In this document: in pieces, positions 6,105-7,699 of the stretch
How positions within the stretch are numbered: the stretch's first letter is position 1
How the letters are laid out: each line of letters opens with the position of its first letter
Assembly: GCF_006345805.1 (NCBI RefSeq)
Contig: NW_021828793.1
Coordinates: 1-7,699 of the forward strand
Direction: 5' to 3'
DNA length: 7,699 bases
Source: Octopus sinensis
Lineage: Eukaryota
The notes under the pieces: generated by a model
The model's database searches: none
The model's input: only the letters and a program-made list of their open reading frames with translations
Told to the model about the DNA's origin: nothing
Position numbers and translations under genes: made by a program

Positions 6105-6185
6105 ACAAATTTAATTTGAATGTTGAAGGGAATCTAATGGTTTTGCGTATTTTTAAATGGCTTATAAACACCTCCACGCTGAAAT

Positions 6186-6289
6186 TATATATATATATAC
6201 ATATACATACATAGATACATACTACTACATAACATACATACATATTACATACATACATACATACATACTTATATATATATTATATATAT

Positions 6290-6323
<34 letters not shown>

Positions 6324-6444
6324 ATATAATATAATATATATATATATATATACATATCTAATATATATAATATATATATATATACATATATATATATACT
6401 ATATATATATACATATATATACATACGTACATTCATACATACAT
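6186..6444. repeat. Long degenerate (TA)n/(TACA)n compound microsatellite
   Basis: Read directly. It is the source of the spurious Y/I/H-rich ORFs. Confidence 0.97.
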
Positions 6445-6920
6445 AATTTTATACCAATACGTATATGCGTGAGCGTCTGTGTGCGTGTTGGTGCATGTTT
6501 ATACGTATATGTTTATACGTATGTGCATAAATGCATGTATAGCAAATTTTTGCACGTTGTACATAGAAGATGGCGGATGGCGGCTATATAGAAGAAACTA
6601 CTTTAAATCCAAGTGAAAGGGAAACGATTAATCGTGAATAATTGGTTATAATCTGGTAATGATTGTGAAATCCGATTCTGCGTAAAATGCGTTTGATTTA
6701 TTTTATTTTAATTTGTTTTTAATTAATAAACTAAGCTATAATAAATATACAGGGAAGTGATATCTAATTCATGTGATAAACGCTATGAAAAACGTCCTGA
6801 TATCTGATAACTACCAAGAACACTCCTGTAAATAAATTTTCAATAGATTGCTAGAAGTGCCTCCCGCTACCACATTTCCATATATGGTAAGGTACATGCA
6901 TACATACATGCCTGTACATA

Positions 6921-7023
6921 TAGACATAAAGACAGGCAGACAGATAGACAGACAGACGGAAAGGCAGATAATCAGACATATTGAAAAAGACATACATATT
7001 TAGACATGGATCGAAAGATAGAT

Positions 7024-7078
<55 letters not shown>

Positions 7079-7169
7079 TAGATAGATAGATAGACAGATA
7101 GTTAGACAGACAGACAGACAGATAGATAGATATACAGATAGACAGATAGATAGATTGATAGATAGATAG
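6921..7169. repeat. (GATA)n/(GACA)n tetranucleotide array with a short (GA)n patch
   Basis: Read directly; purest over ~7017-7169. Confidence 0.96.
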
Positions 7170-7258
7170 TTTAATGGAATCACATACGATCATTTATTCG
7201 AGCATGCATGCACGCATTCTTGCTTACACACACTCACACATATATATTTGTATTTATG

Positions 7259-7398
7259 AAATTGGCTTTCCAATCACGTGGTCCCGTTTTCAGTCCCACT
7301 GCGCGACAACTTGGGTACATGACTTCTATAATATCTCCCTGCTGACCAATGCTTTTCGAGTGAATTTGCTAGACATAGAGTGTGTGAAAACCCGTCGT
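7259..7398 (+). mobile_element. Diverged 5' half of the 4311-4690 SINE family
   Basis: AATCACGTGGTCCCGTTTTCAGTCCCACTGCG...CTTGGG...CTTCTA...GACCAATGC...GAGTGAATTTG.TAGAC...CCCGTCGTA aligns with ~4335-4475. Confidence 0.75.
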
Positions 7399-7401
7399 AA
7401 T

Positions 7402-7497
7402 TATGTTTGTATGTATGTATGTATGTATGTATGTATGTATGTATGTATGTATGTATGTGTGTATGTATGTATGTATGTATGTATGTATGTGTGTATG
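7402..7497. repeat. (TATG)n microsatellite
   Basis: Read directly. Confidence 0.97.
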
Positions 7498-7505
7498 AAT
7501 TTGTG

Positions 7506-7699
7506 TACTCTTTACTCTTTACTCTTTTACTTGTTTCAGTCATTTGACTGCGGCCATGCTGGAGCACCGCCTTTAGTCGAGCAAATCGACCCCAGGACTT
7601 ATTATTTGGAAGCCTAGTACTTATTCTATCGGTGGATTTTGCCGAACCGCTATGTTACGGGGACGTAAACACACCACCATCGGTTGTCAAGCGATGTTG
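7506..7699 (-). mobile_element. 3' part of the 4311-4690 SINE family on the minus strand with a (TAAAAGAG)n-type tail; runs off the window end
   Basis: The reverse complement CAACATCGCTTGACAACCGATGGTGGTGTGTTTACGTCCCCGTAA...GACTAAAGGCGGTGCTCCAGCATGGCCGCAGTCAAATGACTGAAACAAGTAAAAGAG aligns with ~4513-4690. The tail repeats lie at 7506-7530. Confidence 0.88.

Larger units (their letters stand above)
5930..6181. repeat. ~250-bp loopless foldback (long imperfect palindrome)
   Basis: The left arm CAGCGTGGAAGGTGTTTATAAGCCATTTAAA...AAAACCATTAG...CTTCAACATT...TGTCA.AATATTTTC.TCGCTTT..ACCGC is mirrored by the right arm, which ends at 6181. The centre GACGAAA|TTTCGTC (6050-6063) is a perfect palindrome. 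Confidence 0.95.

Noticed and set aside
6921-7169. GATA array as a sex-linked (Bkm-type) or regulatory element
   Set aside because: GATA/GACA arrays are common, and nothing in the window supports a special role.
5761-7617. All listed ORFs from 5761 onward
   Set aside because: They are low-complexity products of TA/GATA/TATG arrays, SINEs and the foldback. The repeated MAYKHL start in 5761-5955 (-) and 6157-6591 (+) simply reflects the inverted arms.
1-7699. CRISPR array or prokaryotic system
   Set aside because: There is no repeat-spacer periodicity, operon structure or prokaryotic coding density.

Overview
AT-rich, microsatellite-dense, repeat-saturated eukaryotic non-coding DNA. The SINE families and repeat style resemble cephalopod (Octopus-like) genomes; this is recognition from memory, not a search result. 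No intact host protein-coding gene is supported. The window holds four decayed cut-and-paste transposase relics from different lineages: Chapaev3-like (-), mariner DD34D (-), Tc1 with DD36E-type spacing (+) and maT/DD37D-like (+). It also holds several tRNA-derived SINE copies, two inverted copies of a TA-flanked CAGATGCGTA-terminated element, and many (TA)n/(CA)n/(GATA)n/(TATG)n tracts. The most interesting signals are three minimal type-I hammerhead-ribozyme-like motifs of the Penelope-like-element kind. One lies at 1317-1351 (-) with a single core mutation. The other two are back-to-back in a ~250-bp loopless foldback at 5930-6181 and have an unusual NUGAACA core, which suggests a swapped 3-8 pair.
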